From Eledone cirrhosa (Eukaryota): 64,000 bases of DNA. Position 1 is the stretch's first letter. Each line of letters opens with the position of its first letter. The stretch spans positions 244,032,001 through 244,096,000 of the forward strand of contig OZ024741.1 in assembly GCA_964016885.1 (NCBI GenBank). Direction: 5' to 3'. The position numbers and the translations under genes were made by a program. Below, piece after piece: positions 41,727-54,390 of the stretch. The notes below the pieces were generated by a model, which was given only the letters and a program-made list of their open reading frames with translations, did not search any database and was not told the origin of the DNA.

Positions 41727-42664
41727 TCCGCATTTTTGTGATTCGTTTCTTCGAAGCACACCATTCGCCGCCGGACTTCAGCTTCCTCATTTAGCATGGG
41801 CAGCTTTTCTTGAAAATCACACCACACACAGCAAATGTGTGTCTGCACATTTCCCAGTAATTACAGATCGATCCGACCACGGGCGGCCGGCTCACGATCG
41901 AAAAGGTAACTCCGCCGGCAAATCCGCATTTTTGTGATTCGTTTCTTCGAAGCACACCATTCGCCGCCGGACTTCAGCTTCCTCATTTAGCATGGGCAGC
42001 TTTTCTTGAAAATCACACCACACACAGCAAATGTGTGTCTGCACATGTACCAGTAATTACAGATCGATCCGACAACGGCCGGCTGGCCCACGATCGAAAA
42101 GGTAACTCCGCCGGCAAAGTCGCATTTTTGTGATTCGTTTCTTCGAAGCACACCATTCGCTGGTGGACTTCAGCTTCCTCATTTAGCATGGGCAACTTTT
42201 CTTGAAAATCACACCACACACAGCAAATGTGTCTCTGCACATGTACTAGTAATTACAGATCGATCCGACCACGGGCCACCGGCCCACGATCGAAAAGGTA
42301 ACTCCGGCGGCAAATTCGCATTTTTGTGATTCATTTCTTCGAAGCACACCATTCGCTGGTGGACTTCAGCTTCCTCATTTAGCATGGGCAGCTTTTCTTG
42401 AAAATCACACCACACACAGCCAATGAGTGACTGCACATGTACCAGTAATTACAGATCGATCCGACCACGGACGGCTGGCCCACGATCGAAAAGGTAACTC
42501 CGCCGGCAAATCCTAATTTTTGTGATTCGTTTCTTCGAAGCACACCATTCGCCGCCGGACTTCAGCTTCCTCATTTAGCATGGGCAGCTTTTCTTGAAAA
42601 TCACACCACACACAGCCAATGAGTCTCTGCACAGGTACCACTAATTACAGATCGATACGACCAG

Positions 42665-45600
42665 GGGCGGCCTGCCCACGATCGAAAAGGTAACTCCGCC
42701 GGCAAATCCGCATTTTTGTGATTCGTTTCTTCGAAGCACACCATTCGCCGCCGGACTTCAGCTTCCTCATTTAGCAGGGGCAGCTTTTCTTAAAAATCAC
42801 ACCACACTCAGCAAATGTGTGTCTGCACATGTACCAGTAATTACAGATCAATCCGACCACGGGCGGCCTGCCCACGATCGAAAAGGTAACTCCGCCGGCA
42901 AATTCGCATTTTTGTGATTCGTTTCTTCGAAGCACACCATTCGCTGGTGGACTTCAGCTTCCTCATTTAACATGGGCAGCTTTTCTTGAAAATCACACCA
43001 CACACAGCAAATGTGTGTCTGCACATGTACCACTAATTACAGATCGATACGACCACGGGCGGCCTGCCCACGATCGAAAAGGTAACTCCGCCGGCAAATC
43101 CGCATTTTTGTGATTCGTTTCTTCGAAGCACACCATTCGCCGCCGGACTTCAGCTTCCTCATTTAGCATGGGCAGCTTTTCTTGAAAATCACACCACTCA
43201 CAGACTATGAGTCTCTGCACATGTACCACTAATTACAGATCGATACGACCACGGGCGGCCTGCCCACGATCGAAAAGGTAACTCCGCCGGCAAATCCGCA
43301 TTTTTGTGATTCGTTTCTTCGAAGCACACCATTCGCCGCCGGACTTCAGCTTCCTCATTTAGCATGGGCAGCTTTTCTTAAAAATCACACCACACTCAGG
43401 AAATGAGTGTCTGCACATGTACCAGTAATTACAGATCGATCCGACCACGGGCGGCCTGCCTACGATCGAAAAGGTAACTCCGCCGGCAAATTCGCATTTT
43501 TGTGATTCGTTTCTTCGAAGCACACCATTCGCCGCCGGACTTCAGCTTCCTCATTTAGCATGGGCAGCTTTTCTTGAAAATCACACCACACACAGCAAAT
43601 GTGTGTCTGCACATGTACCAGTAATTACAGATCGATCCGACAACGGCCGGCCGGCCCACGATCGAAAAGGTAACTCCGCCGGCAAAGTCGCATTTTTGTG
43701 ATTCGTTTCTTCGAAGCACACCATTCGCTGGTGGACTTCAGCTTCCTCATTTAGCATGGGCAGCTTTTCTTGAAAATCACACCACACACAGCAAATGTGT
43801 CTCTGCACATTTACTAGTAATTACAGATCGATCCGACCACGGGCCACCGGCCCACGATCGAAAAGGTAACTCCGGCGGCAAATTCGCATTTTTGTGATTC
43901 ATTTCTTCGAAGCACACCATTCGCTGGTGGACTTCAGCTTCCTCATTTAGCATGGGCAGCTTTTCTTGAAAATCACACCACACACAGCCAATGAGTGTCT
44001 GCACAGGTACCAGTAATTACAGATCGATCCGACCACGGGCGGCCTGCCCACGATCGAAAAGGTAACTCCGCCGGCAAATCCGCATTTTTGTGATTCGTTA
44101 CTTCGAAGCACACCATTCGCTGGTGGACTTCAGCTTCCTCATTTAACATGGGCAGCTTTTCTTGAAAATCACACCACACTCAGCAAATGTGTGTCTGCAC
44201 ATGTACCAGTAATTACAGATCGATCCGACCACGGACGGCTGGCCCAGGATCGAAAAGGTAACTCCGCCGGCAAATCCGCATTTTTGTGATTCGTTTCTTC
44301 GAAGCACACCATTCGCCGCCGGACTTCAGCTTCCTCATTTAGCATGGGCAGCTTTTCTTAAAAATCACACCACACTCAGCAAATGTGTGTCTGCACATGT
44401 ACCAGTAATTACAGATCGATCCGACCACGGGCGGCCTGCTCACGATCGAAAAGGTAACTCCGCCGGCAAATTCGCATTTTTGTGATTCGTTTCTTCGAAG
44501 AAAACCATTCGCTGGTGGACTTCAGCTTCCTCATTTAACATGGGCAGCTTTTCTTGAAAATCACACCACACTCAGCAAATGTGTGTCTGCACATGTACCA
44601 GTAATTACAGATCGATCCGCCCACGGGCGGCCGGCCCACGATCGAAAATGTAACTCCGCCAGCAAATTCGCATTTTTGTGATTCGTTTCTTCGAAGCACA
44701 CCATTCGCTGGTGGACATCAGCTTTCTCATTTAGCATGGGCAGCTTTTCTTGAAAATCAAACCACACACAGCAAATGTGTGTCTGCACATGTACCAGTAA
44801 TTACAGATCGATCCAACCACGGGCGGCCTGCCCACGATCGAAAAGGTAACTCCGCCGGCAAATCCGCATTTTTGTGATTCGTTTCTTCGAAGCACACCAT
44901 TCGCCGCCGGACTTCAGCTTCCTCATTTAGCAGGGGCAGCTTTTCTTAAAAATCACACCACACTCAGCAAATGTGTGTCTGCACATGTACCAGTAATTAC
45001 AGATCAATCCGACCACGGGCGGCCTGCCCACGATCGAAAAGGTAACTCCGCCGGCAAATTCGCATTTTTGTGATTCGTTTCTTCGAAGCACACCATTCGC
45101 TGGTGGACTTCAGCTTCCTCATTTAACATGGGCAGCTTTTCTTGAAAATCACACCACACACAGCAAATGTGTGTCTGCACATGTACCACTAATTACAGAT
45201 CGATACGACCACGGGCGGCCTGCCCACGATCGAAAAGGTAACTCCGCCGGCAAATCCGCATTTTTGTGATTCGTTTCTTCGAAGCACACCATTCGCCGCC
45301 GGACTTCAGCTTCCTCATTTAGCATGGGCAGCTTTTCTTGAAAATCACACCACTCACAGACTATGAGTCTCTGCACATGTACCACTAATTACAGATCGAT
45401 ACGACCACGGGCGGCCTGCCCACGATCGAAAAGGTAACTCCGCCGGCAAATCCGCATTTTTGTGATTCGTTTCTTCGAAGCACACCATTCGCCGCCGGAC
45501 TTCAGCTTCCTCATTTAGCATGGGCAGCTTTTCTTAAAAATCACACCACACTCAGGAAATGAGTGTCTGCACATGTACCAGTAATTACAGATCGATCCGA

Positions 45601-46984
45601 CCACGGGCGGCCTGCCTACGATCGAAAAGGTAACTCCGCCGGCAAATTCGCATTTTTGTGATTCGTTTCTTCGAAGCACACCATTCGCCGCCGGACTTCA
45701 GCTTCCTCATTTAGCATGGGCAGCTTTTCTTGAAAATCACACCACACACAGCAAATGTGTGTCTGCACATGTACCAGTAATTACAGATCGATCCGACAAC
45801 GGCCGGCCGGCCCACGATCGAAAAGGTAACTCCGCCGGCAAAGTCGCATTTTTGTGATTCGTTTCTTCGAAGCACACCATTCGCTGGTGGACTTCAGTTT
45901 CCTCATTTAGCATGGGCAGCTTTTCTTGAAAATCACACCACACACAGCAAATGTGTCTCTGCACATGTACTAGTAATTACAGATCGATCCGACCACGGGC
46001 CACCGGCCCACGATCGAAAAGGTAACTCCGGCGGCAAATTCGCATTTTTGTGATTCATTTCTTCGAAGCACACCATTCGCTGGTGGACTTCAGCTTCCTC
46101 ATTTAGCATGGGCAGCTTTTCTTGAAAATCACACCACACACAGCCAATGAGTGTCTGCACAGGTACCAGTAATTACAGATCGATCCGACCACGGGCGGCC
46201 TGCCCACGATCGAAAAGGTAACTCCGCCGGCAAATCCGCATTTTTGTGATTCGTTACTTCGAAGCACACCATTCGCTGGTGGACTTCAGCTTCCTCATTT
46301 AACATGGGCAGCTTTTCTTGAAAATCACACCACACTCAGCAAATGTGTGTCTGCACATGTACCAGTAATTACAGATCGATCCGACCACGGACGGCTGGCC
46401 CAGGATCGAAAAGGTAACTCCGCCGGCAAATCCGCATTTTTGTGATTCGTTTCTTCGAAGCACACCATTCGCCGCCGGACTTCAGCTTCCTCATTTAGCA
46501 TGGGCAGCTTTTCTTAAAAATCACACCACACTCAGCAAATGTGTGTCTGCACATGTACCAGTAATTACAGATCGATCCGACCACGGGCGGCCTGCTCACG
46601 ATCGAAAAGGTAACTCCGCCGGCAAATTCGCATTTTTGTGATTCGTTTCTTCGAAGAAAACCATTCGCTGGTGGACTTCAGCTTCCTCATTTAACATGGG
46701 CAGCTTTTCTTGAAAATCACACCACACTCAGCAAATGTGTGTCTGCACATGTACCAGTAATTACAGATCGATCCGCCCACGGGCGGCCGGCCCACGATCG
46801 AAAATGTAACTCCGCCAGCAAATTCGCATTTTTGTGATTCGTTTCTTCGAAGCACACCATTCGCTGGTGGACATCAGCTTTCTCATTTAGCATGGGCAGC
46901 TTTTCTTGAAAATCAAACCACACACAGCAAATGTGTGTCTGCACATGTACCAGTAATTACAGATCGATCCAACCACGGGCGGCC
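42665..46984 (+). repeat. 11-monomer tandem duplication, period 2156 bp, two copies
   Basis: ORF pairs 42848/45004, 43973/46129 and 44561/46717 are offset by 2156 = 11x196. Private markers GATCAATCC, CTCAGGAAAT and CGTTACTTCG occur once per copy. Differences noticed: 43742 C vs 45898 T, and 43811 T vs 45967 G. Confidence 0.94.
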
Positions 46985-47239
46985 GGCCCACGATCGAAAA
47001 GGTAACTCCGCCAGCAAATCCGCATTTTTGTGATTCGTTTCTTCGAAGCACACCATTCGCCGCCGGACTTCAGCTTCCTCATTTAGCATGGGCAGCTTTT
47101 CTTGAAAATCACACCACACACAGCAAATGTGTGTCTGCACAGGTTCCAGTAATTACAGATCGATCCGACCACGGTCGGCCGGCCCACGATCGAAAAGGTA
47201 ACTCCGCCGGCAAATCCGCATTTTTGTGATTCTTTTCTT

Positions 47240-50200
47240 CGAAGCACACCATTCGCCGCCGGACTTCAGCTTCCTCATTTAGCATGGGCAGCTTTTCTTG
47301 AAAATCACACCACACACAGCAAATGTGTGTCTGCACATTTACCAGTAATTACAGATCGATCCGACCACGGACGGCCGGCCCACGATCGAAAAGGTAACTC
47401 CGCCGGCAAATCCGCATTTTTGTGATTCGTTTCTTCGAAGCACACCATTCGCCGCCGGACTTCAGCTTCCTCATTTAGCATGGGCAGCTTTTCTTAAAAA
47501 TCACACCACACTCAGCAAATGTGTGTCTGCACATGTACCAGTAATTACAGATCGATCCGACCACGGGCGGCCTGCTCACGATCGAAAAGGTAACTCCGCC
47601 GGCAAATTCGCATTTTTGTGATTCGTTTCTTCGAAGAAAACCATTCGCTGGTGGACTTCAGCTTCCTCATTTAACATGGGCAGCTTTTCTTGAAAATCAC
47701 ACCACACTCAGCAAATGTGTGTCTGCACATGTACCAGTAATTACAGATCGATCCGCCCACGGGCGGCCGGCCCACGATCGAAAATGTAACTCCGCCGGCA
47801 AATTCGCATTTTTGTGATTCGTTTCTTCGAAGCACACCATTCGCTGGTGGACATCAGCTTTCTCATTTAGCATGGGCAGCTTTTCTTGAAAATCAAACCA
47901 CACACAGCAAATGTGTGTCTGCACATGTACCAGTAATTACAGATCGATCCAACCACGGGCGGCCGGCCCACGATCGAAAAGGTAACTCCGCCAGCAAATC
48001 CGCATTTTTGTGATTCGTTTCTTCGAAGCACACCATTCGCCGCCGGACTTCAGCTTCCTCATTTAGCATGGGCAGCTTTTCTTGAAAATCACACCACACA
48101 CAGCAAATGTGTGTCTGCACATTTACCATTAATTACAGATCGATCCGACCACGGGCGGCCGGCCCACATTCGAAAAGGTTACTCCGCCTGCAAATCGTCA
48201 TTTTCGGATTCGTTTTCTTCGAAGCACACCATTCGCCGGCGGACTTCAGCTGCCTCATTTAACATGGGCAGTTTTTCTTGAAGATCACACCACACACCGC
48301 CAATGAGTGTTTGCACATGTACCAGTAATTACAGATCGATCCGACCACGGGCGGCCGGCCCACGATCGAGAAAAAGGTAACTCCGCTGGCAAATTCGCAT
48401 TTTTGTGATTCGTTTCTTCGAAGCACACCATTCGCTGGTGGACATCAGCTTCCTCATTTAGCATGGGCAGCTTTTCTTGAAAATCAAACCACACACAGCA
48501 AATGTGTGTCTGCACATGTACCAGTAATTACAGATCGATCCGACCATGGGCGGCCGGCCCACGATCGAAAAGGTAACTCCGCCGGCAAATCCGCATTTTT
48601 GTGATTCGTTTCTTCGAAGCACACCATTCGCCGCCGGACTTCAGCTTCCTCATTTAGCATGGGCAGCTTTTCTTGAAAATCACACCACACGCAGCAAATG
48701 TGTGTCTGCACATGTACCAGTACATACAGATCGATCCGACCACGGGCGGCCGGCCCACATTCGAAAAGGTTACTCCGCCTGCAAATCGTCATTTTCGGAT
48801 TCGTTTTCTTCGAAGCACACCATTCGCCGGCGGACTTCAGCTGCCTCATTTAACATGGGCAGTTTTTCTTGAAGATCACACCACACACAGCCAATGAGTG
48901 TTTGCACATGTACCAGTAATTACAGATCGATCCGACCACGGGCGGCCGGCCCACGATCGAGAAAAAGGTAACTCCGCCGGCAAATAGTCATTTTTGTGAT
49001 TCGTTTTCTTCGAAGCACACCATTCGCCGCCGGACTTCAGCTTCCTCATTTAGCATGGGCAGCTTTTCTTGAAAATCACACCACACACAGAAAATGTGTG
49101 TCTGCACAGGTACCAGTAATTACAGATCGATCCGACCACGGGCGGCCGGCCCACGATCGAAAAGGTAACTCCGCCGGCAAATCCGCATTTTTGTGATTCG
49201 TTTCTTCGAAGCACACCATTCGCCGCCGGACTTCAGCTTCCTCATTTAGCATGGGCAGCTTTTCTTGAAAATCACACCACACACAGCAAATGTGTGTCTG
49301 CACATTTAGCAGTAATTACAGATCGATCCGACCACGGGCGGCCGGCCCACGATCGAACAGGTAACTCCGCCGGCAAATTCGCATTTTTGTGATTCGTTTC
49401 TTCGAAGCACACCATTCGCTGGTGGACTTCAGCTGCCTCATTTAACATGGGCAGTTTTTCTTGAAGATCACACCACACACAGCAAATGTGTGTCTGCACA
49501 GGTAACAGTAATTACAGATCGATCCGACCACGGGCGGCCGGCCCACGATCGAAAAGGTAACTCCGCCGGCAAATCCGCATTTTTGTGATTCGTTTCTTCG
49601 AAGCACACCATTCGCCGCCGGACTTCAGCTTCCTCATTTAGCATGGGCAGCTTTTCTTGAAAATCACACCACACACAGCAAATGTGTGTCTGCACATGTA
49701 CCCGTAATTACAGATCGATCCGACCACGGGCGGCCGGCCCACGATCGAAAAGGTAACTCCGCCGGCAAATTCGCATTTTTGTGATTCGTTTCTTCGAAGC
49801 ACACCATTCGCTGGTGGACTTCAGCTTCTTCATTTAACATGGGCAGTTTTTCTTGAAGATCACACCACACACCGCCAATGAGTGTCTGTACATGTACCAC
49901 TAATTACAGATCGATCCGACCACGGGCGGCCGGCCCACGATCGAAAAGGTAACTCCGCCGGCAAATCCGCATTTTTGTGATTCGTTTCTTCGAAGCACAC
50001 CATTCGCCGCCGGACTTCAGCTTCCTCATTTAGCATGGGCAGCTTTTCTTGAAAATCACACCACACACAGCAAATCTGTGTTTGCACATTTACCAGTAAT
50101 TACCGATCGATCCGACCACGGACGGCCGGCCCACGATCGAAAAGGTAACTCCGCCAGCAAATCCGCATTTTTGTGATTCGTTTCTTCGAAGCACACCATT

Positions 50201-53200
50201 CGCCGCCGGACTTCAGCTTCCTCATTTAGCATGGGCAGCTTTTCTTAAAAATCACACCACACTCAGCAAATGTGTGTCTGCACATGTACCAGTAATTACA
50301 GATCGATCCGACCACGGGCGGCCTGCCCACGATCGAAAAGGTAACTCCGCCGGCAAATTCGCATTTTTGTGATTCGTTTCTTCGAAGAAAACCATTCGCT
50401 GGTGGACTTCAGCTTCCTCATTTAACATGGGCAGCTTTTCTCGAAAATCACACCACACTCAGCAAATGTGTGTCTGCACATGTACCAGTAATTACAGATC
50501 GATCCAACCACGGGCGGCCGGCCCACGATCGAAAAGGTAACTCCGCCAGCAAATCCGCATTTTTGTGATTCGTTTCTTCGAAGCACACCATTCGCCGCCG
50601 GACTTCAGCTTCCTCATTTAGCATGGGCAGCTTTTCTTGAAAATCACACCACACACAGCAAATGTGTGTCTGCACATGTACCAGTACGTACAGATCGATC
50701 CGACCACGGGCGGCCGGCCCACGATCGAAAAGGTTACTCCGCCTGCAAATCGTCATTTTCGGATTCGTTTTCTTCGAAGCACACCATTCGCCGGCGGACT
50801 TCAGCTGCCTCATTTAACATGGGCAGTTTTTCTTGAAGATCACACCACACACCGCCAATGAGTGTTTGCACATGTACCAGTAATTACAGATCGATCCGAC
50901 CACGGGCGGCCGGCCCGCGATCGAGAAAAAGGTAACTCCGCCGGCAAATAGTCATTTTTGTGATTCGTTTTCTTCGAAGCACACCATTCGCCGCCGGACT
51001 TCAGCTTCCTCATTTACCATGGGCAGCTTTTCTTGAGAATCACACCACACACAGAAAATGTGTGTCTGCACAGGTTCCAGTAATTACAGATCGATCCGAC
51101 CACGGGCGGCCGGCCCACGATCGAAAAGGTAACTCCGCCGGCAAATCCGCATTTTTGTGATTCGTTTCTTCGAAGCACACCATTCGCCGCCGGACTTCAG
51201 CTTCCTCATTTAGCATGGGCAGCTTTTCTTGAAAATCACACCACACACAGCAAATGTGTGTCTGCACATGTACCCGTAATTACAGATCGATCCGACCACG
51301 GGCGGCCGGCCCACGATCGAAAAGGTAACTCCGCCGGCAAATCCTAATTTTTGTGATTCGTTTCTTCGAAGCACACCATTCGCCGCCGGACTTCAGCTTC
51401 CTCATTTAGCATGGGCTGCTTTTCTTGAAAATCACACCACACACAGCAAATGTGTGTCTGCACATGTACCAGTACGTACAGATCGATCCGACCACGGGCG
51501 GCCGGCCCACATTCGAAAAGGTTACTCCGCCTGCAAATCGTCATTTTCGGATTCGTTTTCTTCGAAGCACACCATTCGCCGGCGGACTTCAGCTGCCTCA
51601 TTTAACATGGGCAGTTTTTCTTGAAGATCACACCACACACCGCCAATGAGTGTCTGCACATGTACCAGTAATTACAGATCGATCCGACCACGGGCGGCCG
51701 GCCCACGATCGAGAAAAAGGTAACTCCGCCGGCAAATAGTCATTTTTGTGATTCGTTTTCTTCGAAGCACACCATTCGCCGCCGGACTTCAGCTTCCTCA
51801 TTTAGCATGGGCAGCTTTTCTTGAAAATTACACCACACACAGAAAATGTGTGTCTGCACAGGTTCTAGTAATTACAGATCGATCCGACCACGGTCGGCCG
51901 GCCCACGATCGAAAAGGTAACTCCGCCGGCAAATCCGCATTTTTGTGATTCTTTTCTTCGAAGCACACCATTCGCCGCCGGACTTCAGCTTCCTCATTTA
52001 GCATGGGCAGCTTTTCTTAAAAATCACACCACACTCAGCAAATGTGTCTCTGCACATGTACCAGTAATTACAGATCGATCCGACCACGGGCGGCCTGCCC
52101 ACGATCGAAAAGGTAACTCCGCCGGCAAATTCGCATTTTTGTGATTCGTTTCTTCGAAGCACACCATTCGCTGGTGGACTTCAGCTTCCTCATTTAACAT
52201 GGGCAGTTTTTCTTGAAGATCACACCACACACCGCCAATGAGTGTCTGTACATGTACCAGTAATTACAGATCGATCCGACCACGGGCGGCCGGCCCACGA
52301 TCGAAAAGGTAACTCCGCCGGCAAATCCGCATTTTTGTGATTCGTTTCTTCGAAGCACACCATTCGCCGCCGGACTTCAGCTTCCTCATTTAGCATGGGC
52401 AGCTTTTCTTGAAAATCACACCACACACAGCAAATGTGTGTCTGCACATTTACCAGTAATTACAGATCGATCCGACCACGGACGGCCGGCCCACGATCGA
52501 AAAGGTAACTCCGCCGGCAAATCCGCATTTTTGTGATTCGTTTCTTCGAAGCACACCATTCGCCGCCGGACTTCAGCTTCCGCATTTAGCATGGGCAGCT
52601 TTTCTTAAAAATCACACCACACTCAGCAAATGTGTGTCTGCACATGTACCAGTAATTACAGATCGATCCGACCACGGGCGGCCTGCTCACGATCGAAAAG
52701 GTAACTCCGCCGGCAAATTCGCATTTTTGTGATTCGTTTCTTCGAAGAAAACCATTCGCTGGTGGACTTCAGCTTCCTCATTTAACATGGGCAGCTTTTC
52801 TTGAAAATCACACCACACTCAGCAAATGTGTGTCTGCACATGTACCAGTAATTACAGATCGATCCGCCCACGGGCGGCCGGCCCACGATCGAAAATGTAA
52901 CTCCGCCGGCAAATTCGCATTTTTGTGATTCGTTTCTTCGAAGCACACCATTCGCTGGTGGACATCAGCTTTCTCATTTAGCATGGGCAGCTTTTCTTGA
53001 AAATCAAACCACACACAGCAAATGTGTGTCTGCACATGTACCAGTAATTACAGATCGATCCAACCACGGGCGGCCGGCCCACGATCGAAAAGGTAACTCC
53101 GCCAGCAAATCCGCATTTTTGTGATTCGTTTCTTCGAAGCACACCATTCGCCGCCGGACTTCAGCTTCCTCATTTAGCATGGGCAGCTTTTCTTGAAAAT

Positions 53201-54390
53201 CACACCACACACAGCAAATGTGTGTCTGCACATTTACCATTAATTACAGATCGATCCGACCACGGGCGGCCGGCCCACATTCGAAAAGGTTACTCCGCCT
53301 GCAAATCGTCATTTTCGGATTCGTTTTCTTCGAAGCACACCTTTCGCCGGCGGACTTCAGCTGCCTCATTTAACATGGGCAGTTTTTCTTGAAGATCACA
53401 CCACACACCGCCAATGAGTGTTTGCACATGTACCAGTAATTACAGATCGATCCGACCACGGGCGGCCGGCCCACGATCGAGAAAAAGGTAACTCCGCTGG
53501 CAAATTCGCATTTTTGTGATTCGTTTCTTCGAAGCACACCATTCGCTGGTGGACATCAGCTTCCTCATTTAGCATGGGCAGCTTTTCTTGAAAATCAAAC
53601 CACACACAGCAAATGTGTGTCTGCATATGTACCAGTAATTACAGATCGATCCGACCATGGGCGGCCGGCCCACGATCGAAAAGGTAACTCCGCCGGCAAA
53701 TCCGCATTTTTGTGATTCGTTTCTTCGAAGCACACCATTCGCCGCCGGACTTCAGCTTCCTCATTTAGCATGGGCAGCTTTTCTTGAAAATCACACCACA
53801 CGCAGCAAATCTGTGTCTGCACATGTACCAGTACATACAGATCGATCCGACCACGGGCGGCCGGCCCACATTCGAAAAGGTTACTCCGCCTGCAAATCGT
53901 CATTTTCGGATTCGTTTTCTTCGAAGCACACCATTCGCCGGCGGACTTCAGCTGCCTCATTTAACATGGGCAGTTTTTCTTGAAGATCACACCACACACA
54001 GCCAATGAGTGTTTGCACATGTACCAGTAATTACAGATCGATCCGACCACGGGCGGCCGGCCCACGACCGAGAAAAAGGTAACTCCGCCGGCAAATAGTC
54101 ATTTTTGTGATTCGTTTTCTTCGAAGCACACCATTCGCCGCCGGACTTCAGCTTCCTCATTTAGCATGGGCAGCTTTTCTTGAAAATCACACCACACACA
54201 GAAAATGTGTGTCTGCACAGGTACCAGTAATTACAGATCGATCCGACCACGGGCGGCCGGCCCACGATCGAAAAGGTAACTCCGCCGGCAAATCCGCATT
54301 TTTGTGATTCGTTTCTTCGAAGCACACCATTCGCCGCCGGACTTCAGCTTCCTCATTTAGCATGGGCAGCTTTTCTTGAAAATCACACCA
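47240..54390 (+). repeat. Non-adjacent duplication of a ~10-monomer block (~47240-49280 and ~52350-54390), offset 5111 bp
   Basis: ORF pairs 47697/52808, 48285/53396 and 48996/54107 are offset by 5111 = 26x196+15. Both copies carry the only 199-bp monomers and the markers CAGTACATAC, GACCATGGG and CACACGCAGC. Confidence 0.88.
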
